Source: Octopus vulgaris (taxonomy: Eukaryota). Taken from it: a DNA stretch of 64,000 bases. This document shows, in pieces, positions 29,440-42,654 of the stretch; position 1 is the first letter of the stretch, and every line of letters starts with the position of its first letter. Position numbers and translations under genes: made by a program. Where the stretch lies: contig OX597843.1 of assembly GCA_951406725.2 (NCBI GenBank), positions 19,096,001 to 19,160,000 on the forward strand, read 5' to 3'. Below the pieces are notes generated by a model that saw nothing but the letters and a program-made list of their open reading frames with translations, was not told where the DNA came from and did no database searches.

Positions 29440-29476
29440 TATACATACATACATACATACATACATACATACATAC

Positions 29477-29880
29477 AGGCACAGGAGTGGATGTGTGGTA
29501 AGTAGCTTGCTAACCAAGAACTTGGTTCCGGGTTCAGTCCCACTGCGTGGCATCTTGGGCAAGTGTCTTCTGCTATAGCCCCGGGCCGACCAATGCCTTG
29601 TGAGTGGATTTGGTAGACGGAAACGGAAAGAAGCCTGTCGTATATATGTATATATATATATATATATGTATGTGTGTTTGTGTGTCTGTGTTTGTCCCCC
29701 TAGCACTGCTTGACAACCGATGCTGGTGTGTTTACGTCCCCGTCACCTAGCGGTTCGGCAAAAAGAGACCGATACAATAAGTACTGGGCTTACAAAGAAT
29801 AAGTCCCGGGGTCGATTTGCTCGACTAAAGGCGGTGCTCCAGCATGGCCACAGTCAAATGACTGAAACAAGCAAAAGAGG
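29477..29880 (+). mobile_element. tRNA-derived cephalopod-type SINE, full length
   Basis: head ggagtgg(c)tgtgtggtaag..ggttcagtccc, internal (TA)/(TG) tract, tail ggcggtgctccagcatggcc..tgactgaaacaa. Confidence 0.88.
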
Positions 29881-30041
29881 AAAAGATAGAGTAAAGAATA
29901 AATTAAAAAATAGCAAGTTCTGGGGTTCGATTCATTCGAAGCACATTTCTTCAAGGAATTGCTCCAGCATTGCCGCAGTCTAATGATTGAAATAAACCCG
30001 GATTCGCCGGATATTTATTTCGGTACTGTAATATAATGGAT

Positions 30042-30463
30042 GGATTTTTTCGGTTTGAACGGCAGTTTTTAAGATAATTTCTAGGTAACAAAAAAATTTT
30101 AAACTTCGTATACTGGTAGAATTTGTTTATAAAACATCTTTTTTCTTGACTTTATTAAGAAAATTCTACAGTTTGTAAGATATTTGTTGTTTTTTTCTTC
30201 AATTTCTGCAATTTCAACCAATCAGTGGCGTCCAGTGAGGTAAAAAAAACATTCTGTGCCGTATGAATATGTCCCTCGTTTAAGAAGCAACCTGGGTATA
30301 TTTACATTTGTGAAGAAAAAAAGATACACTTCCCCCACCCCTAACCCTAACCCTAACCCTGAAATAGATTGAAATGCAATAGATCGATACTAGGGTCAGA
30401 ATTATGGGTGACATTTTCATATGACACCGCTAGAAAAATCTGCCGTTCAAACTGAAAAGATCC
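30042..30463. mobile_element. MITE with about 29-bp TIRs starting GG, an 8-bp TSD and internal (CCCTAA)n; Merlin-like
   Basis: GGATTTTTTCGGTTTGAACGGCAG / CTGCCGTTCAAACTGAAAAGATCC; flanks TAATGGAT and TAATGGTT. Confidence 0.8.
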
Positions 30464-30871
30464 TAATGGTTATAAACCCAAACTCGACCATCAAAGTTTA
30501 AAAAGTTTTTATCGAATAAAAATACAGCAAAACCAAACTTCAACGCAATAACATTTTTATGCAGCGAGTTGCTACATTCTCGACGAACTAAAATCAAAGC
30601 TGCACACGTCGTGCCGCAAACAGAACAGAACTCCGCGCAGCCGCACTGGAAGGTACATAATGGCAATCGAGACGATCAAAATCACGTGATCAAAGCTAAA
30701 CTCAAAATTTGTCTCTTTTTTAAGCTTCACTCGTCATTCTGTGGCCACTCTGGGGCACCGCTTTGAAGAATCGACCTCATTCCTTGTTATTATTATTATT
30801 ATTTTTATTATTATGATTATTATTATTATTATAATTATCACTATTATTATTATAATTATTATTATTATCAA

Positions 30872-30955
<84 letters not shown>

Positions 30956-31325
30956 GGAGAAGAGAATTAATACATTCGAGCTTTGGTGTTGGAGAAGACT
31001 TTTACGGATTCCATGGACAGCGAGACTCACCAATGGAGAAGTTTTTAAGCAGATAAGGCCGAAAATGTCGTTAGAAGCTAGGATCACCAAGCATAGATTG
31101 GCATATTTCGGTCATATTATGCGGAGAAAATCCCTGGAGGAGGACATCATACTCGGAATGGTCAGTGGCAAGAGAGGAAGAGGCCGACCAAGAACCCGCT
31201 GGCTTCACACCATCAAGAGTGATACCGGAATGGACATGGCCAGTCTGAATGAAGCGGCCCAGGAGAGAACTGACTGCAGGACACTGATCCAATGAGTGAC
31301 CGAGAGTCGACTTCGACTGAGCGGA
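30956..31325 (+). mobile_element. RTE (BovB-like) LINE 3' fragment
   Basis: FELWCWRRLLRIPWTAR..LAYFGHIMRR..GKRGRGRPRTRW. Confidence 0.88.
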
Positions 31326-31327
31326 TA

Positions 31328-31560
31328 TCAAATATATATATAAAACTGAGAATGTGTGTCTGTCTGTCGGTCTTCTGTCTGTGTGTTTCCCTAAAACTTG
31401 AGAACTACACAACCAATTTCATTCACATTTTACACATGCCTTACTTAGGGTCCGGGAAGTGTCATCGGCAAAAAGATGTTGAACTTCTTGCCTAGAGCGA
31501 GCCCATAGCAACATCATATCTTCTCCACTATTTCAGTATTACGTGTTAAAAGTGAAACAA
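31328..31560 (+). mobile_element. probable non-autonomous Helitron 5' fragment
   Basis: TC..TATATATAAAA start followed by a (GTCT)n tract, like the start of the element at 60352; no 3' CTAG hairpin found. Confidence 0.45.
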
Positions 31561-32779
31561 AAACGTTTCTCTATTTTATGTCAGATACTTTCACTTTAAC
31601 AATAAAAATAATAATTACAATTGAATAATATGTAGTAAGTAATAATTAAAATCAAACTAAAGTAACATAACAAAAGTAAAAATAGAAACTGGTATAATAG
31701 ACGAAACCACTGTAAAATACCTTATTGTTGATGTCGCTATTTGACCTCAGATTAACTCTACTGATTCATGAGCAATGACGTTCTTGACGTGAACATTCCC
31801 TCTTTTTAGACATAGTTTATCATAGGTCACATAATCCAATATGTTATTAATTTCCTAAAATACTGTAAATTATTGTTCCTCAAGTATTAGGCTTTTATTT
31901 CTTAGCAGAACAATAGACCATGTAGGAGTTCCCTCTTAATAATGTTTGCAATCTGGTCATGAACGCAGAAAATTCAAAAGATGTCATCTTTTAGAGAGTG
32001 ACACAAAAAGAACACTTGTTTTAAGGTAACTTGGAACAAGGAAAATGTCAATTGCCTAAATACCTCAATGAATGAGTTGTGGAAAAAAGATATTAATTTT
32101 TACTTAATACATGGTAGTTCAATCAAGAATAAAGACAGATGAAGTACATGTATTATTTGGGATCGAATAGATTGGTAAACTGGCAAGATGTTGGAAGTAG
32201 TTGAAAAGGGATGCAAATGCGTGGATACAAAGATGAACGAAATATAATATTTATACATCCGTGATGAAATGTAAACTATAGAGAACAAAAGCACACCCTC
32301 CTTGTTCTAGTCTGTTGGGTAGGCTAAAGTTATTTGAATTTTCATGCAAATAGTTACAGTCTGATTTCGTCTCTTGACAGAAATCTAAGAGTTATCCATT
32401 CTGCACTTTCACCGGACATGCGAAGTAATATGTGAAGTTGGTGACAGTGAATTTTTACTACCCGACCAGGCCATTTAATCTTCATAAGTTTGTCCAAATC
32501 GTTTTTACATTTTATTACTTTTTGGTTCCCATTGAAACATATTGTTGAAAGAATCCATATTGCATATTACTGGTACCTATTTCCAAGAAACCAAAGGAGA
32601 ATATGGCATGAAGTGACGAGTGTGTGATACGAAATAAAATATTCATTTCTTTTGAACTCGACAGTTTTTCTGAACAAAAACATTATCAACAAAATCCATT
32701 CAAATGTCATATAATAATGATTTTAAATATTAATTAATATCTAGAGATCTATATTCATTTCTGTAAATGTCGTTATCAG

Positions 32780-32852
32780 GTTTTCCAGCAGTCATCGTTA
32801 TAATTACCCTGGCAATTAACTCCACAAACAATTACATCAAAATCGCAGAGGT
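32780..32852 (+). CDS. adhesion/secretin-class GPCR exon, TM4-ECL2
   Basis: ttatcag acceptor and gtaagt donor; (G)FPAVIVIITLAINSTNNYIKIAE(V); phase 2 end joins in frame to CWL of the next exon. Confidence 0.88.
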
Positions 32853-33243
32853 GTAAGTATTTCTCTTTTTCGTTCACCTCATTTTCTCTGCTCTTCACAA
32901 CTAATATTATTGCTAGATATATATTACCCCTTTAGTATTGTAGAATACTAGGTCAGCTAGCATCAAGCCACGACTTTGATTGCTGGTAGTAAACCTACTT
33001 CAATATCATTGTTAATGCTTTTGTTCTAAGACTCATGAATATCAATGATTTCATTTGTGTTTCTCCTCTCTTCAATTTAATAAGACCAAATATCTACTGA
33101 TGAAAGCAACATACAAAAATATAAACAAAACATATATATATATAATCAATGCAAACATGAACAAGCAAGAAAAAACAATAACGCGAGGACGTGGAACAAG
33201 TACTGTTATTGGGTACTCAGGAAAGGAAAGAAAAGAAAGAGAA

Positions 33244-33276
33244 TTTCACGTTTCGAGCGGAGCTCTTCATCAGAAA
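33244..33276 (-). ncRNA. minimal type I hammerhead motif (Penelope-type), probably inactive
   Basis: - strand TTT-CTGATGA-A-GAGC-TCC-GCTC-GAAAC-GTG-AAA; G at the cleavage position. Confidence 0.6.
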
Positions 33277-33672
33277 TACAGAAAAAGTCCAAAGAAGGAA
33301 AGACGGAGAAAGAAAATCACCAACAATACACACGCAGTCACATATTGAAATGACCGGAACTGCCGCTACGTTCTGAGTTCAAATTCCCCGAGATCGACTT
33401 TGCATTTCATCATTTCGGTGCCGATAAATTAAGTACCAGTTACATACTGGAGTCGATCTCCCCCGAAATTTCAGGCCTTGTGCTTATAACAGAAATGCAT
33501 ATTTTCTTTATATAATTTGTTAAAAATCATTTTTATTAAATTCCCTCTTAAATTGAAATGACATAGACTCACTTCTGTGCTATTCTCATCTCCATATCTT
33601 ATATATATACAAATTTCAAATGTATAGACCTCTAATCTTTTGTCAACCTGTGTGTGCGTGTGTGTGTCTGTG

Positions 33673-33733
<61 letters not shown>

Positions 33734-33791
33734 GTATTTCTCAGTGTCTGGACATCGAAAGGCCCAATAAAAATATTTTACTCATTAACGT

Positions 33792-34300
<509 letters not shown>

Positions 34301-34443
34301 CATAATTTGTCGCAAGTATGAGACATTTTTTCGTTTCGTTTTGGATCGAAATCACTCCACATAAATCCTTGTCTGATACTTCATTTTATTGGCTGAACAT
34401 CTGATGAATTTCTTTTCTTCATTGCTTTCTGTTTTCTTTGTAG

Positions 34444-34832
34444 CTGTTGGTTAAACATACCTTCTTTCTTTGCTGCTTTCCTGACTCCCGTTGTGATGGT
34501 CCTCATCTTCAACTTTATCATGTTCTCTCGTGTGATAACACGTCTCATATCAACGCAAAGAAACAAAAGATTTGAACACAAAAGAAGAAAAGTGCGTGTT
34601 TTGGGCCTGGTTGGTTTGATGATTTTGCTTGGATTCACATGGGTCTTTGCATTCTTGGCTGTTAGGGAAGCGACAAAAGTGTTTGAGTATCTTTTTTCTA
34701 TATTCAATACCCTTCAAGGAATGTTTATCTTCCTATTTTATTGTGTGTACAAGAAAGATACACGCGATGTCATCAAAGAGTCCGTGAATAAACGAAAGAG
34801 AGCGAATCCCAGGAGAGTTGTCGCCGGCAGAA
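34444..34832 (+). CDS. adhesion GPCR exon, TM5-TM7 and helix 8
   Basis: ctttgtag acceptor and gtaagt donor; CWLNIPSFFAAFLTPVVMVLIFNFIMF..LLGFTWVFAFL..YLFSIFNTLQGMFIFLFYCV are class B2 motifs. Confidence 0.95.
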
Positions 34833-35151
34833 GTAAGTGCGATTTGTGTTGGTTTCTTTTTTATTCATTGCACCGTGAGAACCATCGCCAATATTGTCGT
34901 GATAGTGATAATCACAAACACCATTTCTAACAACACAGTCACTTTTAGGATAGACATCATCAAAATATCAACACTGCTGTTGTCGTCGCAATCATCGTCG
35001 TCATCATCATCATCATAATCACTACCTTCATCATCATCGTCGGTGTCGTCTTCGTTGTCGACGTCGTCCAGATGGGGGGAACACATACGCCACAGAAACC
35101 GGGAAACCGGACCCATGAGCCTGGCAAGGCTTGAAAAGGGCGACGTTTATC

Positions 35152-35213
<62 letters not shown>

Positions 35214-35402
35214 GTATATATTAGAACGTTTGGAGATGATGTACAGGTATTTAATATTAGAAGAAATGAAGTACTCAGAAATTCGGATGGTTTTATATTT
35301 ACAGATATTTATTTGTATATTACATGTTTTTATACATCATATAACTTATATCATATATTAGCGCTTTTGTCTATTCTGGTGGAGTTTTCAAATTGAAATA
35401 AG

Positions 35403-35441
<39 letters not shown>

Positions 35442-35550
35442 ATATGTATGTATATATGTATATATGTGTATATATGTATGTATGTGTATATATGTATCTA
35501 TGTATATATGTATGTATGTGTATATATGTGTATGTATATATGTATTTATG

Positions 35551-35645
<95 letters not shown>

Positions 35646-35702
35646 ATATATATATGTATGTATATATATATATATATGTATATATATATGTATATATGTA
35701 TA

Positions 35703-35771
<69 letters not shown>

Positions 35772-36262
35772 GTATATATATAATAAAGTTTATTTGTCAA
35801 CAGAATGTGGCAGTCCTCCACAGGAACGTGTTACTGTTGTTGAGCTCCAGGGAAACATCCTTTCCTGCTGCCTACCAGATGTATTTCTCTTTAGGGGATC
35901 AGCGATTATGACCCTTTAAAAAGTACATAGCATGAGCAAGATGAGTAAGCTCCCATCACTGACCTGTGATTATCTCACACCGAATACGGGAAGCAACCCC
36001 GAAACATAGGTCTGTGGGTATCATAAAGGCTAGAGATGGGGACGATGAACTCCGTTGCTCATGTTATGCTAGACGAACACAAACTGTATGTCGGTGGCCT
36101 ACTGGAAAAAGTGTTTTCCTGAGGCTAAACAACAGTAAGATCATCCTAAGTAGGACTGTCACATTCTGTTCACAAATAAACCTTACTGTTCGATACCGTT
36201 ACATATCTCTCGCTCAAACATCTAAAACTAGTTGTTTTTCTCATATATATATATAAATATAT

Positions 36263-36610
36263 AGGCGCTGGAGTGGCTGTGTGGTAAGTAGCTTGCTAAC
36301 CAACCACATGGTTCCAGGTTCAGTCCCACTGCGTGGCATCTTGGGCAAGTGTCTTCTACTATAGCCCCGGGCCGACCAATGCCTTGTGAGTGGATTTGGT
36401 AGACGGAAACTGAAAGAAGCCTGACGTATATATGTATATATATGTATGTATGTATGTTTCTGTGTCTGTGTTTGTCCCCCTAGCATTGCTTGACAACCGA
36501 TGCTGGTGTGTTTACGTCCCCGTTACTTAGCGGTTCGGCAAAAAGAGACCGATAGAATAAGTACTGGGCTTACAAAGAATAAATCCCGGGGTCGATTTGG
36601 TCGACTAAAC
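36263..36610 (+). mobile_element. tRNA-derived SINE
   Basis: near-identical to 29477..29880, 3' tail shortened. Confidence 0.88.
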
Positions 36611-36845
36611 AAATAAAAAATAAAAATTAAAATATATATATATAAATATATACATATATATATGAATATATATATATATATAAATATATATATTAACTAT
36701 ATATATATATATATATATAAATATATATATTAACTATATATATATATATATATAAATATATATATTAACTATATATATATATATACATATATATATAAAT
36801 ATATATATTAACTATATATATATATATATATATAAATATATATAT

Positions 36846-36886
<41 letters not shown>

Positions 36887-36994
36887 TCGGGGTGAGTACT
36901 TGATAATTATAAGCACCTGTGTATACCGTTTGGTGGTGTAGGTGGTGGAGTAAATTGATCAAAATAAAAATAAAAACATGAGGCGAAGGATTCA

Positions 36995-37072
36995 GCGGTA
37001 CATATGTTTCGGGCCTTTATTAGACAGATTTATAACAAAGCATAATGTATGTCTGTGGCCTTCTTCAGCCGC
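36995..37072 (-). ncRNA. type I hammerhead ribozyme (left palindrome arm)
   Basis: exact reverse complement of 38621..38698. Confidence 0.8.
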
Positions 37073-38620
37073 GCACAACAGCTTCCACAAGGACATGTGT
37101 TACATCAAAAATTCTTGGTTGGGGATGCAAATCCTCTCATTCCCGTACGACATAATGCGGCAGCAGCATAGAATTGAAGCGTCCATCTCTTTCTTCTCTC
37201 AATGTAGAATGAGGAAACTTGGATGTTGAGGTAATGTAAATAAATAAATACGTATATAGAGGTGAAGATGGAGGGGCGAGAGTTCGGGACGAGGGATAAA
37301 AAATATATATAAAAAATGTACGTATAGAATAATATAAAAATGTACGTATAGAATAATATAAAAATGTAGAGGATAAAGATATAAAGAGTTGTAAGGAGAT
37401 GTAAAGGGGGTATAAAGAAATATAAAGAAATATAAATAAATGTAAAGGCATAAGGTTGTAAAGTAAAAATAGAAATGGAAATAATAGTAAAAGAAGTAAA
37501 AGAACCTGATAAAAACATGATAAAAGTGTAAAAGAATGTAAAGATAAGGGATGTGTAGAGGTCGCGGACCAAGCATGGTGGTCAGGAGATTGATAAAACT
37601 TAGTTGTAGAACTGTCAGTAAATTAACAGTTTCGTCGTAAATCAGAGCTGATGAGAATTTAATCTGGTTCCTTGAATTAAATGGACTTCCAGTACATACA
37701 TATCATCATGGATACATACACCCACATACACGCGTACATATACGTCTCCAAGCCTGTAAGCATACACACGCACTCGCGTGTAAACACGTACATAAACACA
37801 CACGCACCCACACGCACGCGCGCACACACACATACATACAACAGAATATCCGCATATATAGACGGACATTACGCGCGTACACGCTCACATGTATATACGC
37901 GCGCCCCTCACTACATACGCACACGTATATGCCCACGTCTCTTGGAGACGTATATGTACGCGTGTATGTGGGTGTATGTATCCATGATGATATGTATGTA
38001 CTGGAAGTCCATTTAATTCAAGGAACCAGATTAAATTCTCATCAGCTCTGATTTACGACGAAACTGTTAATTTACTGACAGTTCTACAACTAAGTTTTAT
38101 CAATCTCCTGACCACCATGCTTGGTCCGCGACCTCTACACATCCCTTATCTTTACATTCTTTTACACTTTTATCATGTTTTTATCAGGTTCTTTTACTTC
38201 TTTTACTATTATTTCCATTTCTATTTTTACTTTACAACCTTATGCCTTTACATTTATTTATATTTCTTTATATTTCTTTATACCCCCTTTACATCTCCTT
38301 ACAACTCTTTATATCTTTATCCTCTACATTTTTATATTATTCTATACGTACATTTTTATATTATTCTATACGTGCATTTTTTATATATATTTTTTATCCC
38401 TCGTCCCGAACTCTCGCCCCTCCATCTTCACCTCTATATACGTATTTATTTATTTACATTACCTCAACATCCAAGTTTCCTCATTCTACATTGAGAGAAG
38501 AAAGAGATGGACGCTTCAATTCTATGCTGCTGCCGCATTATGTCGTACGGGAATGAGAGGATTTGCATCCCCAACCAAGAATTTTTGATGTAACACATGT
38601 CCTTGTGGAAGCTGTTGTGC

Positions 38621-38698
38621 GCGGCTGAAGAAGGCCACAGACATACATTATGCTTTGTTATAAATCTGTCTAATAAAGGCCCGAAACATATGTACCGC
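38621..38698 (+). ncRNA. type I hammerhead ribozyme (right palindrome arm)
   Basis: GCGG-CTGAAGA-A-GGCC..GGCC-C-GAAAC-ATAT-GTA-CCGC; stem I GCGG/CCGC, palindromic stem III ACATATGT, predicted cleavage after A38694. Confidence 0.8.
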
Positions 38699-38913
38699 TG
38701 AATCCTTCGCCTCATGTTTTTATTTTTACTTTGATCAATTTATATATATATATAAATATATATATTAACTATATATATATATTCATATATATATATGTAA
38801 CTATATATATACATACATATATATATATGTAACTATATATATATATACATATATATATATGTAAATATATATATACATATATATATATGTAAATATATAT
38901 ATATATACATATA

Positions 38914-39128
<215 letters not shown>

Positions 39129-39190
39129 ATACAATCCAGGAATTAACAAGTTTAAAATTAATATTTTATATCGTTTTCTCGTGTTTCCAG

Positions 39191-39237
39191 GATTTGGTAA
39201 TGAAATCGAGGATAGAAGAGCAGAAACAAACTTCTAA
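39191..39237 (+). CDS. terminal coding exon of the adhesion GPCR
   Basis: gtgtttccag acceptor; phase 1 matches the previous exon; (R)[14 protein letters not shown], ending in a class I PDZ-binding-type motif. Confidence 0.72.
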
Positions 39238-40412
39238 GTGAAAATTGAAAAAGTGCCTTCAAAAATCGCCTTCGATAATATTTTACGTCATAAAATAATA
39301 TTTTCTCCATATATGATATTAAATATAAATGTATAATATTAAATATAAATAAATACTCTTAAATATGAATATATAATATTAAATATAAATATTAATATTA
39401 AATATAAATATATACTCTTAAGTATGAATATTAAATATGAATATATAATATTCTTTTCTCTAGGCACAAGGTCGGAAATGTTGGGGGTGGGGGCCAGTAC
39501 GCAACTGGTACCTAATTCATCCATCCCGAAAGGATGAAAGCAAAGTCGACCTCGACGGAATATAAATATATAATATTGAATATAAATATTCAATATATTT
39601 GCTTGTTAAGAAACTATATTTGTACCTTTCGGTTCACCACTAGGCAACCGAGAGACTGCATAATCCACAATAATATAATCTTAAATGTTTAGTTTTCGGC
39701 TTTTTTTATTACTCTATATCTGTATCCTATGACCCGTCGTAACATTTCTATTTAGCCTATTGTTTGAAACACAGGAAAACAGAAAATGTTGTTTTGATTT
39801 GAAACTGTGTTGATATTCTTTCCTATTGCCACTTTAATTTTAACAATGTAAACCTTAAAATTGAATAAAGGATTAAATCTGACTTATTGCTTGCTTTTGT
39901 TTTTTTAGATGAAATAATGTAATACTGTAGTCTAAGTTCAAATACGGCCTGGAGGGGCAGTGATTTCATCTCTTATTTTAAACATGCCACTAAAAAGTTG
40001 AAAACCTGCAAGATATATCCAACTGATAAGATTTATAATCGTTTATCTAATTAACATTATTAGGTCTTTCAACTCTCGTTGTTCTAGCAATGAATGTTTC
40101 ACAAACAATTATATTCCATCTGTCTTTTACACATTCATGTCTACTTTCACTGTACAAATGTCACAACAACACGTGACTGCACATGCGAAAATGTCTACAT
40201 TGAAGTTAGACTAGTTAGGCTGCAATATCTCGGTATCCAACGTATTTAAACATCCGAGGATACAAGTCTCCCCACTGAACGAGATGCCTGTTTGTCGTAA
40301 GATTAACCCTTGGTTGTTGCTGGTACTCCTTTTCAGATGAGTGCACTGAAAGTGTCTTTCTCGTGGATACAACGCACCGAACCAATGGCCCATGCACCTT
40401 TATATACATATA

Positions 40413-41130
40413 CTGGGTTAGTAAAAATAGTGCGTAGCGTTTTTAAGTAAAATTCATTTACAATAATCAGGTAGCTGTACATACCTTTACTCAACTACAT
40501 ATTTTCTATTTTACTCCACTACATTTCTCCATCTCTGAGGCAGCTTCATGATCCCTTCCTCCCAGAACTTGGTATCCTTCTGGCTGTTGAATCGATGTAA
40601 GATTTTATAGAACTGAGCTTCTTCCCAGCAAGGATCAGAATAAATGATAATCAGAAATTGCAAGCTCAGGTGAGTATGGTGGGTAGGGTTGGACATTCCA
40701 TCCAAGCTGTGTCAGTTTCTGCCTGGTCTGCAAAGAAACGTGCGGTCTAGCATTGTCCGGATGTAAGACGATACCTTTTCGGTTGGACAATTCCGGACGT
40801 TTTTCATCAATTGCCTCCTTTTATCAGTCTAATCTGGAACAATAGTAGTCTGAAAGTAACATCTGATTTTGTGAACGTAGCTCGTAATATAAAATACCCT
40901 TCCAATCTCACCAGATACAGAGCATCACCTTCTTCGGATACAGACTAGGTTTTGGAAAAATTGAATGTGGTTCATCTCGTTTTTCCCAGGACGTTTTTCT
41001 TTTATGGTATTAAAAATAACCCATTTCTCATCACACGTCAACATTCTTTTCACAAATGGACCATTTCTTTCTCCTGAGTAGAGAACTGCAAGTGGAAATG
41101 CGCACTTTTAAGTTTGCTTTTTCTGTTAAG
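40413..41130 (-). mobile_element. decayed mariner transposon (3' part)
   Basis: KFWEEGIMKLPQRWRNVVE C-terminus; TA-CTGGGTTAG TIR-like end. Confidence 0.75.
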
Positions 41131-41932
41131 TTATGATGCTCTCGTACGAGCGATAGCGAGGGCTACAAACCTCGCCGAGACGAACGAGGAAATCGTTACT
41201 AAATTCAATCTTCTGCTGATTCGGCCGGGAGAGACCGCATACATTCAGTATGTCCACTAAGTCCAGGCAAATAGGTGGGAATCTCAGGTGGTACAGGAGG
41301 TTTGATCCAATCGCGAACTGTTGGATGTCACGACCGGGCAGGATATCTGAGAAGTGTTACATTTTTAATGCTGTGTATTGTGCCTCCCAATCGAAGCTTC
41401 GCCGTAGTCTTTTCGAGAATATGCGCTTGGTCCAATGTGAGTGCGTATGTCCATCTGTTATGCACCAAGGGAAACCTACTGCTGCCGCATCGACCCTGTA
41501 CAATGTCTCGAGGCATAAGAGTGAACGAGTCGATCGATGTTTCGATAAATGGCCGTAGTAAATCCGATACATTTTACGTGCTACGCATTGTGCCGCCAAA
41601 TCGAACATACACCATAGCCTCTAAGAATCGATCGATCCCAAGTGTTTGATCGTGTTATACGTTAAGTGATTTCTGTTGCTGCAATAGCCGCCTATGCTCT
41701 GTCTCGCGACCTCATTGTGTATAAGGCTGAGGATTTGCGTCTTCACCACAGACGCCAGATCGAGTACTAGTTTGTGTGTTCTTGTGTCTTTTAAGTAATG
41801 AGTATTCCGCCGCTGACACGAAGTTTTGTCAGAGTGAACGACTCGAGCGAATCGCCAAATAAAGGCAAGAGTACGTCCGATAGACTCTCAAGTGGTGCTT
41901 AGGGCGCCGCCGAATCCAGGCACTGCTTTACA
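41131..41932 (+). mobile_element. probable solo LTR (about 800 bp)
   Basis: CpG-rich block flanked by the 5-bp direct repeat TTAAG, ending in CA, with AATAAA about 70 bp before the end; 5' TG not intact. Confidence 0.55.
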
Positions 41933-41954
41933 TTAAGTCAATTAACGCTCACTC

Positions 41955-42023
<69 letters not shown>

Positions 42024-42113
42024 GTATATCTATATATATATATATATATATGAATGTATGTATATCTATATATATACATATACATACATACATACATACA
42101 TACATACATACAT

Positions 42114-42157
<44 letters not shown>

Positions 42158-42564
42158 CCGAAAAGGCTTTTCCTATAGTTTTCAAATGCGTAAAACCTCC
42201 AAAACTCATTGTGCATAGTGCCCACAAAATCGACTAAAATAGGCTCGGAGGGGGAAGATTGGGAGTGGAGGGGAGACATTTAATTTTGTTTCTTGTTAAA
42301 AAGATTCTCCACATTATTTCCAAGGGCACCGTGAATAAAAAGGACCCTGAAAAATCCGTCAAAACGAAGAAATTCCAACTTAACGGGCTACCTATCGCTG
42401 ACGTCCGACAAATTTTCGTTAAATCAGGATTATTTTCCGTGCCTTAAACAAAAATAGGTCCAAATTTGAGGAGAACTTATAACTGAATCCGAGGACCTTT
42501 CATGCAAAGTTTGAAAATGATTCGCTCTTAGGATTTAAATGCATTGGTAACAAAAGAGAAGCAA

Positions 42565-42654
<90 letters not shown>

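Larger units (their letters stand above)
36951..38742. repeat. long palindrome with 802-bp arms (36951-37752 and 37941-38742) and a 188-bp spacer; inverted Penelope-like/retrozyme insertion in (TA)n
   Basis: mirror-image ORFs in the track (coordinates sum to 75693); only two mismatches seen by eye; each arm carries a hammerhead. Confidence 0.95.

Noticed and set aside
30339-30360. Telomere or chromosome-fusion relic
   Set aside because: Only about 3.5 units, located inside a TIR element
30565-30652. Possible GPCR exon bounded by tgcag and gtacat
   Set aside because: No frame resembles LRR, GAIN or TM sequence and the donor is weak
34833-34930. ORF-track extension of the GPCR exon (SKCDLCWFLF..)
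   Set aside because: It reads through a strong gtaagt donor; a phase-compatible terminal exon exists at 39191
35925-36020. CGAAAC-ATAG-GTC hammerhead-like half
   Set aside because: No intact CTGANGA box upstream, so too degenerate to call
38035-38090. Second hammerhead in the palindrome arms (CTGAT..CGAAAC-TGTTA..TGACAG-TT)
   Set aside because: The core reads CTGATTT rather than CTGANGA and no stem I pairing was found; the CTGATGA on the other strand has no following GAAA
36978-38715. Duplicated ORFs in the palindrome arms as real genes
   Set aside because: Low-complexity F/Y/I-rich translations with no domain; their duplication just reflects the inverted repeat
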